Of a stretch of 64,000 nucleotides of DNA, positions 54,762 to 63,905 are shown one piece after another. How positions within the stretch are numbered: position 1 is the stretch's first letter; each line of letters opens with the position of its first letter. The notes beneath the pieces were generated by a model. That model had not been told where the DNA came from, did not search any database, and was given only the letters and a program-made list of their open reading frames with translations. The stretch spans positions 5,007-69,006 of the forward strand of contig DATFXJ010000062.1 in NCBI GenBank assembly GCA_035315965.1, written 5' to 3'. This DNA is from Pseudolabrys sp. (GTDB lineage: Bacteria; Pseudomonadota; Alphaproteobacteria; Rhizobiales; Xanthobacteraceae). The position numbers and the translations under genes were made by a program.

Positions 54762-55445
54762 ATGACACGTCTTGTGATTGGTCTTGGAGCCTTCTGTTTT
54801 GCCGGTATTGCCTTCGCGCAGCCAGCGGGGCTCGGTGAGTCCGCTCGACGGATGATCGGCAGTTGGGAATTTTCCAATGCGGATCGCGACCGGATATGCA
54901 CCGCCACCTTCAAGAGTGATCCAGGTCCGGGCGGTTTCAAGGTCGAGTTTGACGCCAATTGCGTTAATCTTTTTCCGCTTGTCCGCCAGATCGTAGGCTG
55001 GAAATTTCCGGAAAATGATCTGCTTTATCTGGTCGATGCACGTGGCAGAACAGTTGTGGAATTCAGCGAAGTCGAGGATGGAATCTTCGAGGCGCCGACG
55101 CCCGGCGTCGGCGTGCTGTTTCTGCAAAATGCCGAAGCGGCTGGCGCGCCGCCGAGACCGCCCGAACAGGTCGCCGGTGATTGGGCGATCGTGCGGAAGG
55201 CCGGCCCGCCGATTTGCAGTTTGACACTGGCGATGACCAAGGCCAGTGATGGATTTGCCATCACTGTGAAGCCGGGCTGCGATCCGGTCATTGCCCGGCT
55301 GAATTTCACGCAATGGCGAATCGACCGCGACCAGATCATGTTGGTCCCCTCGCGCGGCAATCCATGGCGCTTCGAGGAAGTCGATAACGCGGTGTGGCGA
55401 CGTGTGCCGGAAAGCGCTGATCAGATCACGCTGGTGCGGCAGTAG
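54762..55445 (+). CDS. AprI/Inh family metalloprotease inhibitor-like protein, two domains
   Basis: Signal peptide and two repeats of G-x-W...C...C...W (GSWEFS, GDWAIV). Confidence 0.75.
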   Translation: MTRLVIGLGAFCFAGIAFAQPAGLGESARRMIGSWEFSNADRDRICTATFKSDPGPGGFKVEFDANCVNLFPLVRQIVGWKFPENDLLYLVDARGRTVVEFSEVEDGIFEAPTPGVGVLFLQNAEAAGAPPRPPEQVAGDWAIVRKAGPPICSLTLAMTKASDGFAITVKPGCDPVIARLNFTQWRIDRDQIMLVPSRGNPWRFEEVDNAVWRRVPESADQITLVRQ

Positions 55446-55529
55446 TTCTCAAATCAACCGTAAGCTCTTAAAGCTTGAGTGGCTTTCCTCTTCTTACTAT
55501 TTATCCTTACCGTGCCGACCGTGAGTGAG

Positions 55530-55558
55530 TTGATCTCATTTCACAAGAAATTCATATT
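55530..55558 (+). promoter_or_regulatory. Sigma70-type promoter candidate TTGATC-N17-CATATT
   Basis: Hexamers at 55530-55535 and 55553-55558 with exact 17-nt spacing in an AT-rich spacer. Confidence 0.55.
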
Positions 55559-55564
55559 CACAAA

Positions 55565-55672
55565 TCTGCAAGGGTGATAAAAATGGAGCCGCTCTCGATC
55601 CCCAAGAGAGCGCGGCCCCGATCTCACGTCCCAAGCCCTCGAAAGCCCCCAGAGGTCGGGGCTGTTTTATTT
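55565..55672 (+). ncRNA. Candidate ~105-nt sRNA
   Basis: Lies between the promoter and an intrinsic terminator; GCCGCTCTC/GAGAGCGCGGC hairpin with a C-rich GATCCCCAA loop. Confidence 0.45.
55644..55672 (+). terminator. Intrinsic terminator
   Basis: AGCCCC-N8-GGGGCT followed by GTTTTATTT. Confidence 0.65.
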
Positions 55673-55799
55673 ACAATAATTCGTAGCCGCTTGTGAGCGT
55701 ATTGCCATCACAAATTCTTTGGGATTGTTGCGGTGGGGTCAATCAAGGACTAGTCGGGTCGCTCTAATTTGAACGCCTGGACGCGCCGTAAAAACGCCC

Positions 55800-55900
55800 C
55801 GGCTTTACACCGGGCGCCATCCGCAGAGCCTCGGTGCCCACCTGCCGGAGGCAGCCTCGCAACCGCTCTCTTGAAAGGCCGGTCCGTCCTGCTTTTCTCC
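55800..55900 (-). pseudogene. Possible radC N-terminal remnant
   Basis: GLSRERLRGCLRQVGTEAL resembles the RadC N-terminal GHRERLR...AG.DAL motif, immediately downstream of map. The map-radC adjacency in rhizobia is recalled, not checked. Confidence 0.4.
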
Positions 55901-55935
55901 GACACGCTAAGTTCGTGGAGGGAGGGATGGGCTCG

Positions 55936-56760
55936 CTAGCGCTTATACGGCGGCTTGTGCAGTCCAGCCGGAGAGAAGGTAAACACCTCGACGCCGTCAT
56001 TGGTGACACCAACGGTGTGCTCGAACTGCGCTGATAACGAACGATCGCGTGTAACCGCCGTCCATCCGTCAGACAACACCTTCACGTGCGGGCGGCCCAG
56101 ATTGATCATCGGCTCCACTGTGAAAAACATTCCCGGTTTTAGAACGATTCCTTCTCCGGGCCGTCCGACGTGCACAACATTCGGCTCATCGTGGAACAGC
56201 CGGCCGAGTCCGTGGCCGCAGAAGTCACGGACCACGCTCATATGCTGCGCTTCGACATAAGTCTGGATTGCGTGACCGATGTCGCCGCTTGTTGCTCCTG
56301 GCCGGATCGCGGCAATGCCGCGCATCATCGCCTCATGTGTAACGTCGATCAGACGCTCGGCGCGACGTGGAATTTCGCCGATCGTAAACATGCGGCTGGA
56401 ATCGCCGTGCCAACCGTCGAGGATGAGCGTCACGTCAATATTGACGATATCTCCATCTTTCAATGGTTTGTCGCCGGGAATTCCGTGACACACGACGTGA
56501 TTGAGCGACGTGCAAGTGGATTTCTTGTAGCCGCGGTACATCAGCGTGGCGGGCAGGGCACGGTGATCCATGGCATAGTCGAATACCAGCCGGTCGATCT
56601 TTTCAGTCAGCATTCCCGGACCGACATTCATCGCCAGCATGTCCAGACACCGTGCAACAAGCTGACCGGCCTTGCGCATGGCTTCAAAGGCGGCGGGGCC
56701 ATGAATCTTGATCTGACCGGTTTTTCGCAGTGGAGCGACAGCGGCGTCGACGTAAGTCAT
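55936..56760 (-). CDS. map: Type I methionine aminopeptidase
   Basis: CHGIP, DVT...DSS, GHGLG, EPMIN and QFEHT metal-ligand motifs. Confidence 0.95.
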   Translation of the reverse strand: MTYVDAAVAPLRKTGQIKIHGPAAFEAMRKAGQLVARCLDMLAMNVGPGMLTEKIDRLVFDYAMDHRALPATLMYRGYKKSTCTSLNHVVCHGIPGDKPLKDGDIVNIDVTLILDGWHGDSSRMFTIGEIPRRAERLIDVTHEAMMRGIAAIRPGATSGDIGHAIQTYVEAQHMSVVRDFCGHGLGRLFHDEPNVVHVGRPGEGIVLKPGMFFTVEPMINLGRPHVKVLSDGWTAVTRDRSLSAQFEHTVGVTNDGVEVFTFSPAGLHKPPYKR

Positions 56761-56820
56761 AGAGTCAATGTAAGGTTTGCAGCATTTGATGCAAGCATGC
56801 GTGGCGAGTATCGAACAACG

Positions 56821-57798
56821 TCAATTCGCAATCTTTCCCTCTAATTCATCCTCGATGTGAGCAAGGATAATGTCGTCGAAGCTGGCCTCGGCTTTAAATC
56901 CAAGATTGCGCGCGCGTTTCGCATCGAGCTGCTCGGCCCAGCCGGCAACGATTCGCTGGACAAGCTCGTCCGGTGCCCGACGGATGCGTGCGGCTACCTT
57001 GTTGCCGGCGACACGGCGCAGCGCTTCAATTTGTTCTCCCACCGTGCACGATATGCCGGGCATGGAAAGGTTGATGCGCGTTCCGAGCTGTTGGCGTGTC
57101 AGCCCCGCCGCATGAACAAGAAATCCGACCGCGGCACGCGGGCTTGCATGAGTGTGCCGCACAGTATCGGCGACCGGTAGCAGCGCTTCCTGGCCCGCCA
57201 AAGGTTCTCGAATGATGCTTGAGAAAAAGCCGGAGGCCGCCTTGTTTGGCTTGCCGGGGCGCACGCAAATAGTCGGCAGCCTGATGCCGACGCCGTCGAG
57301 AAATCCACGCCGCGTATAGTCAGCGAGCAATAATTCGCAAATGGCCTTTTGCGTCCCGTACGAAGTAAGGGGCGTGAGATGAAAGTCATCGGGAATGGAA
57401 GGGGGAAACGGCGTGCCGAATACGGCTATTGAAGAAGTAAACACGACCTTCGGTTTGAAGTCCGCAGTGCGGATCGCCTCAAATAGGGTGCGAGTTCCGT
57501 CAAGATTGACGCGGTAGCCCTTCTCGAAATCAGTTTCCGCCTCGCCCGAAACCACACCTGCCAGGTGGAAGATCACCTCCGGCCTGTCTGCGACAGCCTT
57601 AGCTGCGGCGCCTGGGCTGGAAAGATCGCTTGGCGAGAAGTCGACCGTTCCCGCAAAACCGGCCGGCTTTTCCGGAGCGATGACGTCAATCAGTGTCAGT
57701 CGATCAATCTTATGTCCGTTTAAGTGACCATCCTTGACCAGCCTTGCACTAAGCTTGCGGCCGATCATGCCTGCGGCCCCGGTGACAAGAATATGCAT
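56821..57798 (-). CDS. denD: NAD-dependent epimerase/dehydratase family, D-erythronate dehydrogenase-like
   Basis: TGAAGMIG, HLAGVVSGEAETDF, YGTQK and VRPGKPNKAASGF motifs recalled from DenD. Confidence 0.72.
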   Translation of the reverse strand: MHILVTGAAGMIGRKLSARLVKDGHLNGHKIDRLTLIDVIAPEKPAGFAGTVDFSPSDLSSPGAAAKAVADRPEVIFHLAGVVSGEAETDFEKGYRVNLDGTRTLFEAIRTADFKPKVVFTSSIAVFGTPFPPSIPDDFHLTPLTSYGTQKAICELLLADYTRRGFLDGVGIRLPTICVRPGKPNKAASGFFSSIIREPLAGQEALLPVADTVRHTHASPRAAVGFLVHAAGLTRQQLGTRINLSMPGISCTVGEQIEALRRVAGNKVAARIRRAPDELVQRIVAGWAEQLDAKRARNLGFKAEASFDDIILAHIEDELEGKIAN

Positions 57799-58262
57799 CA
57801 CGCCCTCACTTTTTCGCGATTCGCCGGCTCGTAACGATCCATACGGCGCAGATCAGGGAATAGCATCATCTAGACGGCTACCACCAGCAGCCAGCCTAGT
57901 CCGCCAATCACCACGGAAAATATCGCACCAAGCCAGGCGGCGACCAAGCCAGATTCGAATTCGCCCAGCGTGTTCGAAGAGCCCACAAACAGGTAGTTGA
58001 TAGCGCTTACGCGGCCGCGTTTTTCATTCGGTGTTTCGATCTGTATCAGCGAAAAGCAGATGACGATGCTCACAGCGTCAGAAGCGCCAAGTATGGCGAG
58101 CGCCAGTAACGAGAGCGGAAACGATGTCGACAACCCGAACACGATTGTCGTCACGCCAAAGATTCCAACCGCCGCGAGCATTTTGTGACCGATATGCCGT
58201 TCGACCAGCGCAAAGGGCTGCTGTTGCACGAGGCCGGCCGAAGACACAGTGGCAGCATTCAT
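57798..58262 (-). pseudogene. MFS transporter (MFS_3-like) with in-frame internal deletion and nonsense codon
   Basis: MNAATVSSAGLVQQQPFAL fused to late TMs (VERHIGHK...RGRVSAIN...SNTLGEFESG). TAG at 57870-57872 interrupts VAV*MMLFPDLRR...; the following TGA overlaps the denD ATG. Confidence 0.78.
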
Positions 58263-58515
58263 TCTGTTATGTTTTTGGTCGACGTTGGGGAATGACAAAA
58301 TAGCCACCTCTGATGCAGCACACGAAATGTGCTGCGTTTATCAGCGATGCTCATGACTAAGATCCGTCGCGCGGGAGGGTCACAATCCCCCCAACCGAGA
58401 CTCGATTGCAATCTGTGCGGCCTTTGAGCGACAGGTCCCGCCAGGGCGAGCGGGGTGGCGGCGTAACACCCGAGCCGTCCCGATATTCCGACACTGAGAT
58501 GTGATCAACTTGATG

Positions 58516-58531
58516 TGGCATTTCCTTTGCG
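58516..58531 (+). promoter_or_regulatory. Sigma54 -24/-12 promoter candidate
   Basis: TGGCAT-N5-TTGCG with exact GG-N10-GC spacing, about 50 nt upstream of ATG 58582. Confidence 0.4.
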
Positions 58532-58581
58532 CTGCAGTGCCTATTCGTTAAATACCTCGCACGCAGCGTAATTGGATTCCC

Positions 58582-58845
58582 ATGTCATCAATTCCGCTCA
58601 AGCTACTCGGCCTCGTATTGGTTTCAGCTTTCGTGCTGGCGTCGCCAGCCGACGCTGCCAAAGCACACAAGCATAAGAAGGCCATTACAGCCGAGACTGC
58701 TGGCTCCATATATTGGGGTACGAACTTGGTTCGGGCCGGCCCACTATATTTCAGTGGCGTTTATCTCGGCGACGATCCCGATCCGAACATCCGCTTCCAA
58801 ATCATGCGTGATACCAGCGGTCGGTTTGGCGGCGACAGTAATTGA
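58582..58845 (+). CDS. Small secreted hypothetical protein
   Basis: Signal peptide ending ASPADA, basic stretch, and YLGDDPDPNIRFQIMRD C-terminal motif of the kind seen in small rhizobial secreted proteins. Confidence 0.7.
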   Translation: MSSIPLKLLGLVLVSAFVLASPADAAKAHKHKKAITAETAGSIYWGTNLVRAGPLYFSGVYLGDDPDPNIRFQIMRDTSGRFGGDSN

Positions 58846-58983
58846 CCGTCAGCCCTTGTTTCGATCAAGGCTCTGACTCCGTTTGATTTTTGCTGTCTGA
58901 TCGGCTGAAGTGCCGCCTGATTGACGAGACGTTCCCTGCGGTCGTGCCGGAAAGGGGGCGTCCGCGCGGGGAGGATAGGAATT

Positions 58984-60165
58984 ATGCTTCGGACAATCGC
59001 GCCGTTCGACCGCATCGGCGAGGAAAATGCCTTTGCGGTGCTCGCTCGCGCCAATGCGCTGGCCGCCCAGGGTCGTAACATCATCAACCTTGGCATCGGT
59101 CAGCCAGATTTCAGGACACCGGATTTCATCGTAGAGGCGGCGGTCAAGGCGCTCCGCGATGGCCACCATGGCTATACGCCCGCCAACGGTATTCCGCCCC
59201 TGCGAGAGGCAGTTGCGGCGGACCTAGCGAAGCGCTTCAAGGTCGAGGTTTCTCCCGACAGTGTGATGATCATGCCGGGCGGGAAACCAACCATGTTCAT
59301 GTCGATCCTGATGTTCGGCGAGCCGGGCGTGGAGATCATGTACCCCGATCCCGGATTTCCAATCTATCGCTCGATGATCGAATTCACTGGGGCCAGACCG
59401 GTGCCGGTGCCCGTTCGCGAGGAGAATGGCTTCGCATTTTCAGCCGACGAAACACTGAAGCTGATCACACCCCGTACGCGGCTGTTGATTGTTAATTCGC
59501 CGGCTAATCCGACTGGCGGTGTCACACCGAAGACTGAGATCGACAAGCTCGTGACCGGACTGGATATATGGCCGGACGTTGCTATCATGTCCGACGAGAT
59601 CTACGACCACATGGTCTATGACGGTGAGACCCATGTGTGCTTGCTGTCTTATCAATCGATTCGTAACCGACTAATCCTGCTTAATGGCTGGTCAAAAACT
59701 TACGCCATGACAGGTTGGCGGCTCGGCTATGCGGTATGGCCAGGCGAGCTTTATGACTATGCGCGCAAGCTCGCAGTGAATCTGCATTCATGCGTCAACG
59801 CCTCGGCGCAGTATGCCGGCCTCGCTGCTCTTAAAGGCCCACAAGACGAAGTTCACGAGATGGTCGCCGAATTTGACAAGCGACGAAAGGTGGTGGTCAA
59901 GGGGCTCAATAAATTGCCAGGCGTTTCATGTGCCACGCCCAAAGGTGCATTTTATGCATTTCCCAACATCAAGCGCACCGGATGGAAGGCGAAGGCGCTC
60001 GCATCGGCGCTATTGGAGGACGTAGGCGTCGCCATCATCGGGGGACCGGATTTCGGAATTCTCGGGGAAGGCTATGTACGTCTGTCCTATGCCAACTCGA
60101 GCGAAAACATTCTGAAGGCGCTCGACCGCATGGGTGACTTCTTGTCGAACAGGAAGGCAGCGTAG
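58984..60165 (+). CDS. Class I/II PLP aminotransferase (aspartate aminotransferase-like)
   Basis: GIGQPDF, NSPANPTG, SDEIY, SKTYAMTGWRLGY and PKGAFY motifs. Start ATG 58984. Confidence 0.92.
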   Translation: MLRTIAPFDRIGEENAFAVLARANALAAQGRNIINLGIGQPDFRTPDFIVEAAVKALRDGHHGYTPANGIPPLREAVAADLAKRFKVEVSPDSVMIMPGGKPTMFMSILMFGEPGVEIMYPDPGFPIYRSMIEFTGARPVPVPVREENGFAFSADETLKLITPRTRLLIVNSPANPTGGVTPKTEIDKLVTGLDIWPDVAIMSDEIYDHMVYDGETHVCLLSYQSIRNRLILLNGWSKTYAMTGWRLGYAVWPGELYDYARKLAVNLHSCVNASAQYAGLAALKGPQDEVHEMVAEFDKRRKVVVKGLNKLPGVSCATPKGAFYAFPNIKRTGWKAKALASALLEDVGVAIIGGPDFGILGEGYVRLSYANSSENILKALDRMGDFLSNRKAA

Positions 60166-60205
60166 CTTTTTATTTTTGGCGCTAGCGTTAAGGAAGGAAG
60201 TCACA

Positions 60206-61456
60206 ATGCTCGACCGTACGTCCGCAGACCGGGGCCTGTCCGAAGAGCAACGAATGATGCGGCAGAGTTGCCGTGATTTTGTCGACGAAGTTGTGCTTCC
60301 ATTCATCAAGCAGAATTGGCAACGCGAATGGTCGATGGTTCCGGAAGATCGACTACCACTGCGCATTCTGGAAGAAGCCGAGAAGATCGGCATTCGCACG
60401 TTGGGCGTCCCCGAAGAATATGGCGGGGTCGAGATCGAAAAGGGTACTGAGGTCCGTACGTTCGCCATGATTGCGGAGGAAATCGCGCGCGGCGATTCCG
60501 GGCTTGCCGACAAACTGGTGCAGAACTGGAAAGTATCGGTTCTGCTGCGCCAGTTTGCGCCCAAGCATCTGCAGGAAAAATGGTTCAAGCGCCTAGTCGC
60601 CGAACCGCAGTTTTTGATGGCGCATTGTCTCACGGAGCCGCGCGGCGCCTCCGACCGCTGGCTGCCCTACAACGTACCGGAAGCGGCTATGCAAACCAAA
60701 GCAGCCAAGACAAACGGCGGATGGATCATCAACGGCCGCAAACAGTTTATCTCTAACGGCTATGATGCCGGCCTTTTTGTCGTCTACGCCAACACAAATC
60801 AAAAAGTTGGAATGTTGCAGGGCACCTCATCATTTCTGGTGCCGCGCGAAACGAAGGGCTTTTCGGTTGTGCGCTGTAATGAGACTCTCGGCTGCCGCTT
60901 CATGAACAACGGCGAGATGGTGTTCGAGGACCTGTTTGTTCCCGACGATCACCTGCTGGTGGAGAACACCGCCCTGGGTTCAGCCGGCATCTATTTCCGT
61001 CCAGGCAAGATCATCCAGGCTGCGAAGAATCTCGGTGTCGGAGTGCGCGCATTCGAGGCGACCGCCGACTACGTGCAGAACTACGTGCAGGGGGGCCGCA
61101 TCCTGATTAAGCATCAGGCGGTGGCGCTGCGGCTCGCTGATATGGCGACGCGCATTGAAGCTGTTCGAGCGTTGCTCGACCGCGCATCGCAGGCCCTTGA
61201 CGACAATGCGCCGGATGCCGAGGTTCTCGTTAACATGGCCAAAATGTTTGCTTCTGAAGAGGTCATGAAGGTCGCTCAGCATGCGGTCGAATTGCACGGC
61301 GGCAATGGCATCATGCTCGACTTTGGCATCGAAAAAGTGCTGCGCGATGCAGTGATCTTCTTGCACATGGACGCGACGGTCGACATCTCCAAGTTCAAGA
61401 TCATCAAGAACCTGTTTCCAGAGACTGCCGGAAAATACGCGGGTCCGGAAGCGTAG
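60206..61456 (+). CDS. Acyl-CoA dehydrogenase family protein
   Basis: CLTEPRGASD, NGRKQFISNG, QAVALRLADM and VELHGGNG motifs. Start ATG 60206. Confidence 0.88.
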   Translation: MLDRTSADRGLSEEQRMMRQSCRDFVDEVVLPFIKQNWQREWSMVPEDRLPLRILEEAEKIGIRTLGVPEEYGGVEIEKGTEVRTFAMIAEEIARGDSGLADKLVQNWKVSVLLRQFAPKHLQEKWFKRLVAEPQFLMAHCLTEPRGASDRWLPYNVPEAAMQTKAAKTNGGWIINGRKQFISNGYDAGLFVVYANTNQKVGMLQGTSSFLVPRETKGFSVVRCNETLGCRFMNNGEMVFEDLFVPDDHLLVENTALGSAGIYFRPGKIIQAAKNLGVGVRAFEATADYVQNYVQGGRILIKHQAVALRLADMATRIEAVRALLDRASQALDDNAPDAEVLVNMAKMFASEEVMKVAQHAVELHGGNGIMLDFGIEKVLRDAVIFLHMDATVDISKFKIIKNLFPETAGKYAGPEA

Positions 61457-61881
61457 GCAGCCCAATCCTCCTCGGGATCGTAGCAATGGCGTATGCAATT
61501 CAGGACGTGCGAATCAGCACGTCTCTAAATCCTGCCTTTGTGAGCCAGCCGACAACGTTAAGCGGCGCGGTTCGTGAAGATGTCCTCACGCCGCCGAAAC
61601 CGATTTCGAGCACACGATCGGAAGGGTCAAGTTGAAGCTATTGGACAGCAAACACATTGATTCGCGCATTGCGCCGGTTCATCAGATATCTGATGGCGAC
61701 GCCAATAAATCCACTTGGGCGAGAAAGCTGCTTGGCGATGAAACGGCGCACCATTTGTTAAATCCCGATTCCGTATCGCGCGACGTTTCAATTTAGAGTC
61801 GATATCGATCACCGAATTTCCGTTCGAGATATTCTTATTCGCGTCAAAGGTCTTCGCTAAGGCGCGATCCCAGGGGTTCAT

Positions 61882-62778
61882 TCAATGCCGCAAGGTGAAC
61901 TGGAAGCCTACCAGGACAATCAGCATGCCGACGAGTTGCGCGATAGTTGGAACCACGCCGAGCGCGAGGAATCCGATCACCACTCCGAACACCGGCACCA
62001 GAGCTGGGAACGTTGCCGCGCGCCCACCGCCGAGTGCGATGACAGCATGGGCGAACAAGTAGATCGGCAGTGATCCTGCTAAACCACCCTGCACGACAGC
62101 TTGCAGAAGATTTTCGAACGAGCTGTGCCGTCCCAATGCACTTAGACCATAAATAAATAAATAAATCGGCGCGAACACGAAGATCGAAACTGTACCGACC
62201 GCCATTACCGCCCGTGTGCCGGGCACACTCCATAGCCGCAGCAGCGTCCCGAACGACGCCCAGAACACTCCGGCCGCAACGAACAGCAGGTCGCCCGCGA
62301 CCCCGCTACCGCCGATGGTGGCAAGCGATTCCGCGCCGAAGACCAGGAGGCCGATGATGATTGCAGCGCCGCCAAACAACCGCTGCGGCGAGATGTGCTC
62401 CTGCAATATAACCCCGGCAAGGATGAGACCTGAAAGTGCAGCGCAAGCTGGCTGGATAGTAGTGCCATGGCCGAGTGGCACCAGAATGAAGCCGCTATAG
62501 GCGAGCAGTGACTGCGGCGGCCCAGACAGGATGCTCATCACAAATCCGCGCCCCCAGCCGACGCCGCCAAGGTCACTCAAGCCATCACGCACAATCAGCG
62601 GCAACACCAGCAGACCGGACCAGAAGAAGCGATGAAACGCGAGATCGGCTGGAGAAAAGCCGATCTGGATCCCGTGCTTTGCAACGACAAAGCCCGTCGC
62701 CCACGCGAAGGCCGCGAGCGTGCCGCACGTGATCCCGATGATCATTGTGGGTCTATGCACTTTGTCGGGTGCAGCCAT
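61882..62778 (-). CDS. DMT/EamA family transporter
   Basis: About 10 TM segments with two repeats (LQEHIS; LALGVVPT...GMLIVLVG). Confidence 0.82.
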   Translation of the reverse strand: MAAPDKVHRPTMIIGITCGTLAAFAWATGFVVAKHGIQIGFSPADLAFHRFFWSGLLVLPLIVRDGLSDLGGVGWGRGFVMSILSGPPQSLLAYSGFILVPLGHGTTIQPACAALSGLILAGVILQEHISPQRLFGGAAIIIGLLVFGAESLATIGGSGVAGDLLFVAAGVFWASFGTLLRLWSVPGTRAVMAVGTVSIFVFAPIYLFIYGLSALGRHSSFENLLQAVVQGGLAGSLPIYLFAHAVIALGGGRAATFPALVPVFGVVIGFLALGVVPTIAQLVGMLIVLVGFQFTLRH

Positions 62779-62890
62779 GGGCTCTCAATATCAAACCGAG
62801 AAAGGTGACTTCGCTATGGCTGATACTCTAGGATCGATGGCGAAGTCCATTTGCCAATCGACAACCCTCACTTCATCGGATGGAAAGCTC

Positions 62891-63826
62891 ATGGCGAAGT
62901 CGCGCAAAGTCATTATCACGTGCGCTGTTACCGGTTCGATCCACACCCCGTCGATGTCACCACATCTTCCGGTGACTGCGCAGGAAATCGCAGATGCTGC
63001 TATTGGGGCGGCTGAGGCAGGTGCAGCGATCGTGCACCTGCATGCGCGCAATCCGCGTGACGGACGTCCAGACCAGACACCAGAAGCCTTTGCTCCATTC
63101 CTCAAAGTGATTAAACAACGCTCCAACGTGGTGGTGAACATCACCACCGGCGGTGCACCCACGATGACAGCAGAAGAGCGCGTTCGGCCGGCTGCGGCCT
63201 TCAAGCCGGAAGTTGCTTCGCTCAATATGGGAACGATGAACTTCGGGCTGTATCCGATGATCCCGCGCTACAAAGGCAAATTCAAATACGACTGGGAGGA
63301 GCCATATCTCGAAGGTTCCAAGAAGGGTATGTTCAAGAATACCTTCGCTGACATCGAATACATTCTGACTACGTGCGCGGGAAATGGCACCCGCTTCGAG
63401 ATCGAGTGCTACGACATTGGGCACCTCTACACGCTGCGGCACTTTCTCGACCGCGGCCTGGTGAAGCCGCCGCTATTTGTACAATCCGTGTTTGGCATCC
63501 TCGGCGGCATTGGGCCGCACCCCGAAGATGTCATCATGATGAAGCGCACGGCTGATCGTTTGCTCGGAGACAACTATCATTGGTCGGTCCTGGGCGCGGG
63601 TGCCAACCAGATGCGGGTCGCGGCTATCGCTGCCGCCATGGGCGGCAACGTTCGGGTCGGCATGGAGGATTCGCTCTGGATCGGTGCCGGCAAGCTAGCG
63701 GAATCGAACGCCCAGCAGGTCACCAACGTGCGAAAGATCCTCGAAGGGCTCGGCCTTGAGATCGCGACATCCGACGAGGCACGTGAAATCCTCTCGCTCA
63801 AGGGCGGCGATAAAGTGGCGTTTTGA
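62891..63826 (+). CDS. 3-keto-5-aminohexanoate cleavage enzyme (BKACE) family
   Basis: IITCAVTGS, AAIVHLHAR, PEVASLNMG, EIECYD and RVGMED motifs. Start ATG 62891. Confidence 0.92.
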   Translation: MAKSRKVIITCAVTGSIHTPSMSPHLPVTAQEIADAAIGAAEAGAAIVHLHARNPRDGRPDQTPEAFAPFLKVIKQRSNVVVNITTGGAPTMTAEERVRPAAAFKPEVASLNMGTMNFGLYPMIPRYKGKFKYDWEEPYLEGSKKGMFKNTFADIEYILTTCAGNGTRFEIECYDIGHLYTLRHFLDRGLVKPPLFVQSVFGILGGIGPHPEDVIMMKRTADRLLGDNYHWSVLGAGANQMRVAAIAAAMGGNVRVGMEDSLWIGAGKLAESNAQQVTNVRKILEGLGLEIATSDEAREILSLKGGDKVAF

Positions 63827-63905
63827 TCCTCTATTGAGCAGCGGCAACGTTTCCCGTTGCTCTTATGACCGCGAAACCTTCCTATAGCGGAAGGAGATTC
63901 GCGCA

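Noticed and set aside
54441-55313. 290-aa minus-strand ORF
   Set aside because: Antisense to two well-supported genes, with no recognisable domain.
61627-61881. Possible degenerate PilZ-domain gene (NGNSVID...IRN...WRRHQI)
   Set aside because: Only scattered motif-like words, no RxxxR motif and no RBS; cannot be supported without a profile search.
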